Of a stretch of 64,000 bases of DNA, positions 1 through 10,013 are shown in pieces. A model generated the notes under the pieces. That model was given only the letters and a program-made list of their open reading frames with translations, had not been told where the DNA came from and made no database searches. The position numbers and the translations under genes were made by a program. Origin of the DNA: Ideonella sp. (GTDB lineage Bacteria > Pseudomonadota > Gammaproteobacteria > Burkholderiales > Burkholderiaceae_C); the NCBI GenBank assembly GCA_016702655.1, contig JADJDO010000020.1:43627-107626 (forward strand), read 5' to 3'. Positions within the stretch are counted from its first letter, which is position 1; every line of letters starts with the position of its first letter.

Positions 1-689
1 TGCTCGCTGGGAGTGCCGTCGTGCACCTGCTCTACTTTCGAACGCTGCTGCACGGCTACAGCGTTGCCGACCTGACGGTCGTCTACCCGGTCGCGCGCGG
101 CAGCGGGCCGCTGCTGACTTCGCTTGGCGCCGTTGCGCTGCTCGGTGAGCGGCTGTCGCTCGCGAGCGCTGCGGGTGCGGCGGCGGTCGTCGCGGGCGTG
201 TTCCTGATCGCCGGCGGGCCCGCGCTGTGGCGCCGCGCGCACGACCCGGCGCAGCGCCTGCGCGTGCGCCGCGGCATCGCCTGGGGTGCGGCGACCGGCG
301 GCTTCATCGCCGGCTACAGCCTGATCGACGGCTACGCGGTCAAGGCGATGCTGCTCTCGCCGATCCTGGTCGATTATTTCGGCAACCTGCTGCGCGTGCC
401 GTTGATGCTGCCCTTGGCGTTGCGCGACCGGCAGGGGCTCGAGGCAGCGTTGCGCAGCCAGTGGAAGCCGGCGCTCGTCGTTGCGACGCTCGGGCCGGCG
501 AGCTACGTGCTCGTGCTCTACGCGGTGACGATGGCGCCGCTGAGCCGCTGTCGCGCCGGCGCGCGAGGTGTCGATGCTGTTCGCGGCCCTCATCGGCGGC
601 CGTCTGCTCGGCGAAGGCGATCGCAAGGCGCGCGTCGGGCCGGCGCCGTGGCGATTGCGCTCGGCGTCGCCGGGCTGGCGCTGGGCTGA
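1..689 (+). pseudogene. EamA/DMT-family permease, 5' end outside the window. About 30 C-terminal codons are displaced into another frame between ~546 and ~638
   Basis: The frame of ORF 21..689 is open back to position 3 and reads EamA-like TM segments. It then reads nonsense (SRCRAGARGVDAVRGPHRRPS) exactly where the +1 frame (ORF 568..) reads the expected AVAPAREVSMLFAALIGGRLLGEGDRKARVG. The original frame resumes as AGAVAIALGVAGLALG*. Confidence 0.75.
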
Positions 690-784
690 TCCGGGCCGGC
701 CTTGCGTGTCATTGCGCCGGCTCAATCGCGCTGCCTCGACATGCCACCAAGATCACCGGGCGATTTCCTCGAAAGCAATGTTCG

Positions 785-2059
785 ATGGCGACTTCTCAAC
801 CCGGCTTCACGACCCAGGCGCGCGCCCTGCGGGCGCTCGCGCCACTGACGCTCCTGCTCGCGAGTTGCGGCGGCGGCGGGGGTGGGGGCTCGATCCCGCC
901 GTTCGACATCTTCGAGTCGGTCGCCATTGCCGATCTCGACGGCGACGGTCTGCCCGACATCGCCGCAGCGTTCACGGCTATCGCGGGGCCGCCGCCGCAC
1001 CCTGGCTACGTTGCGGTCTACCGGCAGTTGCCGGGCCGGCCGGTGAGCTTCGCGGCGCCGGTGATCTACTCCGTCGGCAACGATCCGGTCGAGATCGCGA
1101 TCGGCGACCTCGATGGCGACGGCCGCGACGACATCGCGACTGCCAATGCGATCCTTGCCACGGATGGAAGCGGCGTCAGCGACGTGTCGGTGCTGCGGCA
1201 GGACCCTGCTGCGCCGGGCCGGTTCCTGGCGGCGCGGAGCTATGCCGTGGGCAAGGGACCGCACGGCGTGGCGATCGGCGATGTCGACGCGGATGGTCGC
1301 TCCGACCTTGCCGTTGCCGACGGCGAGGGCTTGTCGCTGCTGCTGCAGGACGCTGCCGCGCCCGGGACGCTGCGGCCGCGCAGGCATGTCGATGCCGGCG
1401 GTCTCACGACCTCGGTCGCGGTGGCCGACCTGGACGGCGACGGCACGGCCGACCTGCTGGCCACGAACGCGGCCAAGGCGATCGTGCTCTTCGGCGTGCC
1501 GGGAGCGGCGCCGTCGTTCATGCAGCCGGTGGCACTCTCTGCTGGGGCGCAGCCGATCCACGCCGCGGCGGGCGACCTCGATGGCGACGGCCGCGCCGAC
1601 ATCGCGGTCGCGAACCTGGGCACGCCGTCCGACGCTTCGACGGCAAGCGCATCGGTGCTGCTCCAGGACTCGGGCGCACCGCGCAGCTTTGCGCCGGCGA
1701 TCGACTTGGCGACGGCGCTTCGCTCCGAGGTCGTCGCGATCGCCGACCTGAACGGCGACGCGCGCGCCGACCTGGCCATTGCCAACAGCGGCACGCTCGC
1801 CGGGCTGTGCCCGCCCGACTGCGGCAGCACCGGAACGGGTGTCTCGGTGCTGTTGCAGAGCTCGGTGGCACCCGGCGGCTTCCTGCCGGCGCAGAGCTAT
1901 CCCGCGCTCGAGAGCTTCGTGACCTGGGTGGCGGCCGCGGATGTCGATGGCGACGGCAGGACCGATCTCGTGATTGCCGAGACCGAAGGCATCGTCGTGC
2001 GCCTGCAGGACCCCGCGCGCCCTGGTCAGTTCAAGGCTGCACTGCCCGTGGGCAAGTAG
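785..2059 (+). CDS. FG-GAP/VCBS-repeat lipoprotein, predicted 7-bladed beta-propeller
   Basis: ATG at 785 is in frame with ORF 227..2059. Signal peptide with lipobox LLLASCGG followed by a Gly run. Seven spaced DxDxDGxxD motifs (DLDGDGLPD, DLDGDGRDD, DVDADGRSD, DLDGDGTAD, DLDGDGRAD, DLNGDARAD, DVDGDGRTD). Confidence 0.85.
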   Translation: MATSQPGFTTQARALRALAPLTLLLASCGGGGGGGSIPPFDIFESVAIADLDGDGLPDIAAAFTAIAGPPPHPGYVAVYRQLPGRPVSFAAPVIYSVGNDPVEIAIGDLDGDGRDDIATANAILATDGSGVSDVSVLRQDPAAPGRFLAARSYAVGKGPHGVAIGDVDADGRSDLAVADGEGLSLLLQDAAAPGTLRPRRHVDAGGLTTSVAVADLDGDGTADLLATNAAKAIVLFGVPGAAPSFMQPVALSAGAQPIHAAAGDLDGDGRADIAVANLGTPSDASTASASVLLQDSGAPRSFAPAIDLATALRSEVVAIADLNGDARADLAIANSGTLAGLCPPDCGSTGTGVSVLLQSSVAPGGFLPAQSYPALESFVTWVAAADVDGDGRTDLVIAETEGIVVRLQDPARPGQFKAALPVGK

Positions 2060-2148
2060 GCTGATCGCGCCTTGTCGTCGCGCGCGATTGCGAAAGCGGT
2101 TACGCTCGCCCCGCCCGCGCACGGTGTGCGCTCGCGGAACGGCAATCG

Positions 2149-2523
2149 ATGGAACAGCTCCTGCTGCACCTGATCGGCGACTACGTGACGCAGACCGACT
2201 GGATGGCGCGCACGAAGACGCGCGCCAACGCCGCGGCTGCGTGCCATGCCGTGGTCTACACGCTGCCGTTCCTGTTGCTCTCGCCGTCGCCGGCCGCGCT
2301 CGGCGTGATTGCGGCGTCGCACTTCCTGATCGACCGCTACCGCCTCGCGCGCCATGTGGCCTTCGCGAAGAACAAGGTCACCGACTGGCAGTTGAGGTGG
2401 GCCGATTGCAGCGCCACGGGCTTCCCGGGCGAGGTGCCCGCCGCCAGGGCGTTCTGGTTGATGATCCTGATCGACAACACGATGCATCTGTCGATCAACT
2501 ACGCGGCGCTGCGCTGGCTGTGA
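2149..2523 (+). CDS. DUF3307-like small membrane protein
   Basis: 124-aa ORF with N-terminal HLIGDYVTQ motif and hydrophobic segments. Family assignment is from memory of the DUF3307 signature. Confidence 0.6.
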   Translation: MEQLLLHLIGDYVTQTDWMARTKTRANAAAACHAVVYTLPFLLLSPSPAALGVIAASHFLIDRYRLARHVAFAKNKVTDWQLRWADCSATGFPGEVPAARAFWLMILIDNTMHLSINYAALRWL

Positions 2524-2537
2524 GGAGCGATGGGTCG

Positions 2538-3524
2538 ATGACGATGAAGTTTCCCAGCCTGCTCGCCGCTGCGCTGTGCTTGGCAGGGTTGCAGGCCGCG
2601 GCCTTCGACCTGCAAGGTCACCGCGGCGCGCGTGGCCTGGCGCCCGAGAACACGCTGCCCTCCTTCGCCGCCGCGCTGGCGATCGGCGTGACGACGATCG
2701 AGACCGACATTGCGATCACGCGCGATCGTGTGCTCGTGATCTCGCACGACCCGGCCTTGAACCCCGACATCACGCGCGGCCCCGACGGCCGGTTTCTCGA
2801 TGCGCGCGGGCCGGTGATCTGGCTCATGACATTCGACGATCTGCAACGCTACGACGTCGGCCGCATCAAGCCCGGCTCGCGCTACGCGACGCAGCATCCG
2901 GCGCAAAAGCCCGTCGACGGCGCGCGCATTCCCCGCCTGGATGACTTGTTCGCGCTGGTGAAGAAGTCAGGCAACGCCGAGGTGCGCTTCGCGCTCGAGA
3001 CCAAGATCACGCCGACCGCGCCTGCCGAGACCGCCGACGCCGAGACCTTCGCGCGCGCGCTCGTCAAGGCCGTGCGCGAGGCCGGCCTGGCCGCACGCAC
3101 GACCATCCTGTCGTTCGACTGGCGCACGCTGCAGCTCGTGCAGAAAGAGGCTCCCGAGATCGGCACCGTGTACCTCACTGCGCAACAGCGCTGGCTCGAC
3201 AACGTGATGGCCGCGAGCGCCGAAGGTTCGCCGTGGACGGCGGGCATCAGTCATGCCGAGCACGGCTCGGTGCCGAAGATGGTCAAGGCCGCGGGCGGGC
3301 GGATCTGGTCGGCCCACCACGCCGACCTCGACGCGGCCAAGGTGCGCGAGGCGCATGCGCTCGGCTTGCAGGTGCTGGCCTGGACGGTCAACGACCCGGC
3401 CCAGATCGCGGGCGTGATGAACCTCGGCGTGGACGGCATCGTCAGCGACCGACCCGACCTCGTGCGCCAGGAGATGCAGCGCCGCGGGATGGCGTTGCCG
3501 GCGGCGACGGCGGTGCAACCCTGA
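2538..3524 (+). CDS. glpQ: Secreted glycerophosphodiester phosphodiesterase (GlpQ/UgpQ family)
   Basis: MTMKFPSLLAAALCLAGLQAAA signal peptide followed by the GDPD signature FDLQGHRGARGLAPENTLPSF...ETD. ATG at 2538 is in frame with ORF 1974..3524. Confidence 0.9.
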   Translation: MTMKFPSLLAAALCLAGLQAAAFDLQGHRGARGLAPENTLPSFAAALAIGVTTIETDIAITRDRVLVISHDPALNPDITRGPDGRFLDARGPVIWLMTFDDLQRYDVGRIKPGSRYATQHPAQKPVDGARIPRLDDLFALVKKSGNAEVRFALETKITPTAPAETADAETFARALVKAVREAGLAARTTILSFDWRTLQLVQKEAPEIGTVYLTAQQRWLDNVMAASAEGSPWTAGISHAEHGSVPKMVKAAGGRIWSAHHADLDAAKVREAHALGLQVLAWTVNDPAQIAGVMNLGVDGIVSDRPDLVRQEMQRRGMALPAATAVQP

Positions 3525-3672
3525 TCACGCCGCGCCGACAAACGCCCGCAACTCCCCCGCAATGCGCGTCAGCGACGGCTGGTGGATGTACATCATGTGC
3601 CCGGCCTCGAAGTAGCTGAGCGCGATCTTCTGCCACTGGGCGTCGCGCAAGCCCTGGTGGTGGATCGTGTAG
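3522..3672. repeat. Direct repeat copy A (S10 peptidase 3' end)
   Basis: Manual alignment to 10847..10997 gives 5 mismatches in ~150 nt. Both copies start at TGATCA, which includes the peptidase stop codon. Confidence 0.9.
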
Positions 3673-3680
3673 CCGCGGCC
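3525..3680 (-). pseudogene. Orphan C-terminal fragment (~52 codons) of an S10 serine carboxypeptidase gene
   Basis: The last ~52 residues of ORF 3525..4616 (GYTIHHQGLRDAQWQKIALSYFEAGHMMYIHQPSLTRIAGELRAFVGAA*) match the C-terminus of the intact peptidase at 10850..12331. Nucleotide identity is ~97% over ~150 bp, then stops abruptly. The rest of that ORF looks non-coding. Confidence 0.85.
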
Positions 3681-3881
3681 GACAACAGTCTCGTCCTGGC
3701 TCGCAGGCGCGACTTCGCGAATCCCCGAGCCCGAGGGTCGATCCAGGCGTGGCAGGCGCGAGCGGCGCTGAGCTGCACTGTTCCGACCCTTTTTCCGGGC
3801 GCGGTTGCGGCCCATCAAGCGCGGCCTGCAAATGGAACTCGAAAATGTGCTTCGACTGACGAGGACTAGCAGGAGAACAGG

Positions 3882-6800
3882 ATGTGGAAGTGGATCGGCA
3901 TCGTCCTGCTGTTCCTGGTATTCGGCATGCCGTTGGTCGGGTTCCTCGCCGGCATGGAGGGTGGGCTCGGGGCCGTCGCGCTCTTGTGTGCGGTCGGGCT
4001 GTTCCTCTACCAGCGCAATCAGCTCGACGCACTGCGTGAAAGGATCGATCGTGAACTTGCGGCGCTGCGTGCACAACTGAGCCGGCAGCAGGTCGAAGGA
4101 GAGGCCGAACGCGAAGCGCAGCGTGCAGCGCAGGGAGCGCCTACCGAAGCACCAAGTTCGGCCAACGAGCGCGTGGCATCGGGCGACACCGAGACTGCCG
4201 AATCTGCCCCTTCTGGAGCCGGATTCGAGACTCCGGTTGAACTCGCTTCTGCCACCTTGCGCTCCGTCGCTGCGGAGGCGGAGTCGGCGCCGCAGGGCGC
4301 GGCGACACAGCTGCTTGCCGAGCCCAGCGCGGAGGTCCCCGCCCCGGCGCTTCCGATCGAAGCGGCCAGCGTCGCTCGCACGCTCGAGGTCGACGAGCGT
4401 TCGGTGCGTGTGACGAGCTCGGTGGCGCAGTCCGTCGCCGCCTGGTTCAGGGGCGGCAACACAATCGTTCGGGTCGCGGTCCTGGTGCTGTTCGTGGGCG
4501 TGGCATTCCTGCTGCGTTACGCGGTCGAGCAGGACATGCTGCCGATCGAACTGCGGCTGGCGGCGGTTGCAGCCGGGGGTGTGGCGTTGCTGCTGATCGG
4601 ATGGCGGTTGCGCCACAAGCGCCGCGGCTATGCGATCACACTCCAGGGGGCAGGAATCGGCGTGCTCTACATGACGCTGTATGCCGCCATGCGTCTGTAC
4701 GGCCTCTTGCCACCGTCACTGACGCTGGGTTTCATGGTGGCCATCGCCGGCCTCGCCGCGCTGCTCGCGCTCTGGCAGGACGCGCTGCCGATGGCCGTCG
4801 TCGGGTTCCTGGGCGGCTTTGCAGCGCCGTTGCTCACCGCCGGCGACACCGGCAGCCATGTCCTGCTGTTTGGCTACTGCCTCGTGCTGAACCTGGCGAT
4901 CGCCTGGATCGCCAGTCGCAAGGCGTGGAAGCTGCTGAACCTGGTCGGCTTTACCTGCACGACGCTGGTCGCGCTGGCCTGGGGTGCGGCCGCCTGGCGC
5001 ACCGAGCTGCTCGCCAGCACCGAGCCCTTCCTCATCGCACACCTTGCCCTCTACATCTTCATCACGCTTCAATACGGCCGGCAGCTTTCCGCTATCGATC
5101 TGTCGCCTGCGACGTCCGGCGCAGTCGGATCTCCGGTGCCCTATGTCGATGCAGGCTTGATGTTCGGCGCGCCGCTGGCCGCCGCGGGGCTTCAGGCTGC
5201 GATGGTGCGTCACGTTCCCTGTGCGCTCGCGGCCTCGGCTGCGGTCATGTCGGGCATCTACCTGTTGCTGGGACGCTGGCTATGGCGTCGCGGCGGCGAG
5301 CGCCTGCGCTTGCTAACCGAGGGCATGCTGGCGCTCGGGGCTGTCTTCCTGACGCTGATCGCCCCTTTGGCGCTCGATGCCCGCTGGACCGCCGCAGCCT
5401 GGGCCGTGCAGGGGGCAGGCATGGTCTGGGTCGCGCTGCGCCAGCACCGCACCTGGGCCCTGTACTTCGGGCTCGCGCTGCAGCCGCTGGCGGCGCTCTC
5501 GTTCTGGGGCCGGCCGCTCGACGATTCATCGGCGATGTTCGTTGCCAACGCCATGTTCGCTGGGATCCTGTTGCTCGCGGCGAGTGCGCTCACCTGCGCG
5601 CGACTGCTGCAGCGCGAACGCCCGCTGGTGTCGGCAAACGGCCACGCGCCACTGCCGGCCGGATCTGCGCTGCCGTTCTTGCGTGCATTGCACTGGGCCG
5701 CGATCGTGCTCGCGCTGCTGCACCTGCTGGCGGGAGGCCATGTAGAGCTGGGCCGCGCGCCCTGGTCGACGCCCGATCTGCTGCAATCGTCGATCCTCTG
5801 GGTCGTACTGCTAGCGGTCGTGCTCGAGGCGGCGCATCGGCCGCTTGCCTGGCCGGAGCTGGCCCTGCCGGCGCGGCCGCTGCTGGCCATGGCGGGCCTG
5901 CTGTCGCTCTGGGGCGCGACCGAGGCGGTGGAGAAATTCGCCGGCTGGGCGCGCCTGTGGCCGGCGGGCCTGGCCGAGATCGCGATCGTGCTGTTGGCCG
6001 CTGGCTGGTTGCTGCGGCGCCTCGATTCAGCGCCGGATGCCGGTGCCCGCTTGCGTGGCAGCCTGCCCGGCGAGGCTCTCGCAGTGGTCTGGTACGCGAT
6101 GCTGCAAGGAGCGCTGGCCGCTGCCGCGGTCACAGGTCATTTCGTTACCGACCACCGGGGTTGGGCCGCCGGAGCGGTGATCGTCGTGCCGACGCTGATC
6201 GCCTGGCTTGCGCTGGCACGAGTCGATGGTGGGCGCTGGCCCATGGATCGCTTCCCGGCGCTCTGGATCGTCGGACTGGCGTTGCCTTGGCTGACGATAC
6301 TCGCCCTGTGGAGTCTGGCGGTCAACCTGCTCGGTGACGGTTCGATGCAACCGCTGCCCTATCTGCCGTTGCTGAATCCTGTCGACCTTGGACATGGGCT
6401 GATGCTGCTCTACGCACTGCGCCTGCGGCACTCGCTGCTGACCCAACCCGCGGCCTTGCTGGGGTTGCGCCGGTACGGCGCGCAGCCGCGAGTGTGGCCC
6501 GTGACGGCGGCGGTCGCATTCTGGTGGCTGACCAATGTGCTCGTGCGCACGCTGCATCACTGGATGGGGACGCCGATGTGGGGGGAAGGGGTTCTCGACT
6601 CGGGACTGGTGCAAACGGGCCTGAGCATCCTCTGGACGCTGATCGCGCTCGCGACCATGTTCGTGGCTACACGGCGCGTGGGCGCCGGGCATGCGCGCAC
6701 GGTCTGGCTGGTCGGTGCAGTGCTGCTCAGCGTCGTGGTCGTGAAGCTGCTGCTCGTCGACCTGTCCCAGACGAGCGCTTTGCAGCGCATCGTTTCCTTC

Positions 6801-6890
6801 GTCGGCGTCGGTTTGTTGATGCTGCTCGTCGGCTATGTCGCACCCCTGCCGCCCCAGCGGCCGCGGCCGGATTCGGATCCGAACCCATGA
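3882..6890 (+). CDS. DUF2339-type large polytopic membrane protein (1002 aa)
   Basis: N-terminal TM pair, coiled/acidic Ala-Glu-rich linker, then >20 hydrophobic segments. Size and architecture are typical of DUF2339. Confidence 0.8.
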   Translation: MWKWIGIVLLFLVFGMPLVGFLAGMEGGLGAVALLCAVGLFLYQRNQLDALRERIDRELAALRAQLSRQQVEGEAEREAQRAAQGAPTEAPSSANERVASGDTETAESAPSGAGFETPVELASATLRSVAAEAESAPQGAATQLLAEPSAEVPAPALPIEAASVARTLEVDERSVRVTSSVAQSVAAWFRGGNTIVRVAVLVLFVGVAFLLRYAVEQDMLPIELRLAAVAAGGVALLLIGWRLRHKRRGYAITLQGAGIGVLYMTLYAAMRLYGLLPPSLTLGFMVAIAGLAALLALWQDALPMAVVGFLGGFAAPLLTAGDTGSHVLLFGYCLVLNLAIAWIASRKAWKLLNLVGFTCTTLVALAWGAAAWRTELLASTEPFLIAHLALYIFITLQYGRQLSAIDLSPATSGAVGSPVPYVDAGLMFGAPLAAAGLQAAMVRHVPCALAASAAVMSGIYLLLGRWLWRRGGERLRLLTEGMLALGAVFLTLIAPLALDARWTAAAWAVQGAGMVWVALRQHRTWALYFGLALQPLAALSFWGRPLDDSSAMFVANAMFAGILLLAASALTCARLLQRERPLVSANGHAPLPAGSALPFLRALHWAAIVLALLHLLAGGHVELGRAPWSTPDLLQSSILWVVLLAVVLEAAHRPLAWPELALPARPLLAMAGLLSLWGATEAVEKFAGWARLWPAGLAEIAIVLLAAGWLLRRLDSAPDAGARLRGSLPGEALAVVWYAMLQGALAAAAVTGHFVTDHRGWAAGAVIVVPTLIAWLALARVDGGRWPMDRFPALWIVGLALPWLTILALWSLAVNLLGDGSMQPLPYLPLLNPVDLGHGLMLLYALRLRHSLLTQPAALLGLRRYGAQPRVWPVTAAVAFWWLTNVLVRTLHHWMGTPMWGEGVLDSGLVQTGLSILWTLIALATMFVATRRVGAGHARTVWLVGAVLLSVVVVKLLLVDLSQTSALQRIVSFVGVGLLMLLVGYVAPLPPQRPRPDSDPNP

Positions 6891-8338
6891 AGGTGAGTGC
6901 AGCGGCGGCATTTGCCGCAGCAGGGCTGGCCATCGTGCTGCTCCTGACGACTCGTCCGGTGGGTGCCGAAGCGCAAGATGCGCCGACGGCGTACCTCGCT
7001 TCGGTCCCGCTCGCGCTCGAGCCCGCAGGGCAGGGCCTGTACAGGGTGCCGCTGCCGTTGGCGTTGCTCGCCCGCCTGCGCACTGCCGACCGGCACGACG
7101 TGCGCGTGTTCAATGCTGCCGGCGAGTCGGTGCCCATTGCCTGGAGCGGCGTCCCGCCGGCTGCTGCGGCGCCTGAGCCGCGTCGTATCGAACTGCCTCG
7201 GTTCGAGTGGCCACCGGCAGCGCGGCCCGACGAGCGGGACGATGACCGGGTGCGCGTCGAAGTGCGCAGCGATGGCTCGGTCCTGCGTGTCGAGCGGCGC
7301 AGTGCAACGCGGCACCCGCCGGCGGTCGATGGCGCCGCATCGGACTGGTTGCTCGACCTCTCGGCGCTTGCCGGCGAACTGGCGGTGGCAATCGAGCTGC
7401 AGTGGAATGCCCAGACGCAGGGCATCGTGAGGCGCGCCCACTTGCTCGCCAGCAGCGATGCCCGGGTCTGGCGCCAGGTGGGTGATGGCACCGTCCTCTC
7501 GCTGCGGGATGATGCGAGCGGGCAATGGGTGCAGCAGCGGCGCATTGCTCTGCAGTCGATGCGTTCCGACGACCGCTACTTGCGGCTGCAATTCGATGCG
7601 CCGCTCGCACTGCAGGGCGCGCAGGCCGAGATGCGGCGACCCGAGCCTGCGCTGTCGCTGGACAGTGAGCGCTTCCGGCTCGCGCGCGCCGGCCCCCGCA
7701 CCTGGACGCTGGACACCGGCGTCGCGTTGCCGGTCAAGCGGATGCAGATTCACGTCCCGCAAGACAACAGCGTGCTGGCGCTGGCGATCGACCGGCGGCT
7801 TCCGGAATTGTCGGCTGGTCAGGCGGGTGACTGGGTGACGGCTGCCAGCCACGTAGCCTATCGGATGGTGCGCGATGGCGCGATCCTCAATTCGCCGCCG
7901 CTGGAAGTGCCGGGGTCTGCCGCGCGCGAGTGGCGCTTCACGCTCGATGAGCGCCTGGCGCCGGTTGAACTTGGACTTGAAGCGACGCTGTGGTGGCCGT
8001 CGATACAGCTCGTCTTTGCGGAACGCGGGCCGGGTCCGTTCCAGTTGGCGCTGGGCCGAGACAACGCGCCTCTGGCCACGATCGAGCGCAGCCAGCTGAT
8101 TCCGGGCTACCGTGAAGGCGACGAGTTCAAGCTGCCGCTGGCAGAGCTGGGCGTCGTGGTCGAGCGGCAGGTGGCGGCGCAGTCATTCACCGACGTGTGG
8201 CTGGGCTCCGAGCGCGAACAACGGCGTCGCTGGGTCCTCTGGGGAGCGTTGGCCTTTGCCGTGCTCGTGCTGGCTCTGTTGGCTTGGCGGTTGTCACGCG
8301 ACTTGCGCACCGGTCAGGCGCAACGCCCTGATTCTTGA
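6887..8338 (+). CDS. DUF3999-type secreted protein with a C-terminal membrane anchor
   Basis: ATG at 6887 overlaps the DUF2339 stop (ATGA). Signal peptide MKVSAAAAFAAAGLAIVLLLTTRPVGAEA and C-terminal TM segment WVLWGALAFAVLVLALLAW. Family assignment rests on the known DUF2339/DUF3999 gene pairing. Confidence 0.75.
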   Translation: MKVSAAAAFAAAGLAIVLLLTTRPVGAEAQDAPTAYLASVPLALEPAGQGLYRVPLPLALLARLRTADRHDVRVFNAAGESVPIAWSGVPPAAAAPEPRRIELPRFEWPPAARPDERDDDRVRVEVRSDGSVLRVERRSATRHPPAVDGAASDWLLDLSALAGELAVAIELQWNAQTQGIVRRAHLLASSDARVWRQVGDGTVLSLRDDASGQWVQQRRIALQSMRSDDRYLRLQFDAPLALQGAQAEMRRPEPALSLDSERFRLARAGPRTWTLDTGVALPVKRMQIHVPQDNSVLALAIDRRLPELSAGQAGDWVTAASHVAYRMVRDGAILNSPPLEVPGSAAREWRFTLDERLAPVELGLEATLWWPSIQLVFAERGPGPFQLALGRDNAPLATIERSQLIPGYREGDEFKLPLAELGVVVERQVAAQSFTDVWLGSEREQRRRWVLWGALAFAVLVLALLAWRLSRDLRTGQAQRPDS

Positions 8339-8379
8339 GGTCGTGCGCTCGACGCTGCGCATGGTGGCTGCATCCGGAG

Positions 8380-10013
8380 TCACGATTCTGTGTGCGCGCT
8401 TTCGGCGATGCAGTCATCCACCGCACCCTGTTTGCTGCAGGCAGCCGCCTGCGTAGCCAGTACCTCCGGAAGGATCTCGATAGCCTGCCGGATCCATTCG
8501 CCCATCAGGCAGATCTGGATCCAATTGCGACGCTCGAGATAGGCACTGCGGCAGGCAAGCAGGTAGCCCTTGCGTTCCATGCGCCGCGCCAGGCATGCCG
8601 CGGGCAGATCGGGCGGGAGGGCCAAGGTGATGATCCCCGGCATCGCGACCGTGTCGTCGGCGACGATCACGAAGGCGTTGCGGCGCAATCCGTCACGCAG
8701 CCACTTGTCCGCCTCGCGCACGCGCTGCCAGCGCAGCTCCCAGTCGATCGCCAGTGCCGCGTCGAGCGCGGCCAGCATGTTTGATGACTGCGTGTAGGGC
8801 ACGCCCGCCGCATCCCGATACGCCGCGAGGTCGAGGTAGCGCGGTACCCCACCCGGCGCTACGAGTCGGCCATCATGGGCCACGATCGCAAGCCCGGGGT
8901 AGGCGCCCAACGCCTTGCCGCCGACGGCGCTTGCGTAGCGGATGCCGGCCAGATCGATGGCCTGCAATCCCGCGGCGCTGACCGCGTCAACGCAAAGGTC
9001 TGCGCGGTTGGTGCTGCACAGGAGCGCGGCACATCGAGCTGGTTGCGCACACCGGTCGATGTCTCGCAGGCCACCATCCAGAGCCAGCTTGGGCGAGTCG
9101 CGGCGAAGGCCTCCTCCAGCGCTGTGCAATCGAAGCCTTTCCCCCAATCTGCATGCAACGTTTCAAAACGCAGTCGCCAGCGGCGGGCATGGTCGACGAG
9201 GCGCTCGCCGAATTCACCATTGCTCAGTACCAGCCCGGGTCGGCCTTGCGCGGCAAGCTGAGCTGCGATGGCATCGTTGGCCAGCGTGCCCGTCCCGGAC
9301 ATCAGCACCACGTCGCGAACGTGGAGCAGACTTCGCAAGCGAAGGCGTACCCGGTCGATCAGCACGCCGAACTCTGCGCTGCGGTGCGAAATCGCCGGCC
9401 GCGCGAATGCGGTGCTCACGGCATCGCCGATCGCCACTGGGCCCGGCAACAGGTTCGTCAAGGGCCGACCGCCTGCAAGCTCGAGGTGCGAGGCGCGGGT
9501 CGCGCAATCGTCGAGCGTCAGGTACATCGGCTGGAAGCGCGCGTTCTCGTCCCCCACCAGGGGCCCGAACGGCCGGAAGCCGAGGTGTCGGTACAGGCGC
9601 AACTCTCGCACCGTGCCGGAGATGATTGCCAGGTCGCAGCCCTGGCCGCGAAAGTGGTTCGCCAGCACTCCAGCCAGGCGCGCGAAGACAGACTGCTTGC
9701 GATACCTCGGGTCGACCGCAAGCAGACGCAACTCGACGACCTGCGAGTGCTTGGGCAGATGACGGTTTAGGTCCGGTAGCTTGGCGTCGAGCGAGAACGG
9801 ACGTGCAAGCCGCCCTGCGATCATGCCCACCACCGTGTCGCCATCGAGGCAGATCGCATAGGTGTTCTCGCCATGGAAGCGATCGACCAGGCGCCTCGCT
9901 CCGTTCGGCGGATGTTGCGGAATCTCTTCGACGAAGGTCCGGTAGTTGAGGTGATGGATCGACTCGAACTCGCCGGGCTGGTCGGCCAGTTTGAAGCGCA
10001 GGTTTGATGTCAT
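8380..10013 (-). pseudogene. GNAT acyltransferase domain fused to a class V (PLP) aminotransferase. Apparent -1 frameshift near 9030
   Basis: The N-terminal ~175 aa are GNAT-like (ELRLLAVDPRYRKQ...LYRHLGF). The class V aminotransferase core follows (LMSGTGTLANDA...WLWMVACETSTGVRNQLD). The frame breaks there and continues in ORF 8380..9147 (AALLCSTNRADLCVDAVSAAG...). The span is 1634 nt, which is 3n+2. The ATG overlaps the upstream stop (ATGA at 10010-10013). Confidence 0.8.

Noticed and set aside
722-2122. Very long ORFs antisense to or overlapping confident genes. Examples: 722..2122(-), 15663..17810(-) beyond its last 93 codons, 24134..26644(+), 27845..30238(-) beyond dctQ, 37792..40674(+), 44235..46115(-), 49550..51385(-).
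   Set aside because: Their translations are Arg/Ala/Pro/Gly-rich low-complexity sequence typical of off-frame reading in ~70% GC DNA, where stop codons are rare. Each is fully shadowed by a gene with clear family signatures.
3681-4616. The remainder of ORF 3525..4616(-), which would make a 363-aa protein ending in the peptidase-like tail.
   Set aside because: Similarity to the S10 peptidase stops abruptly ~155 nt from the stop. The upstream translation is low-complexity, and most of it lies antisense to the DUF2339 gene.
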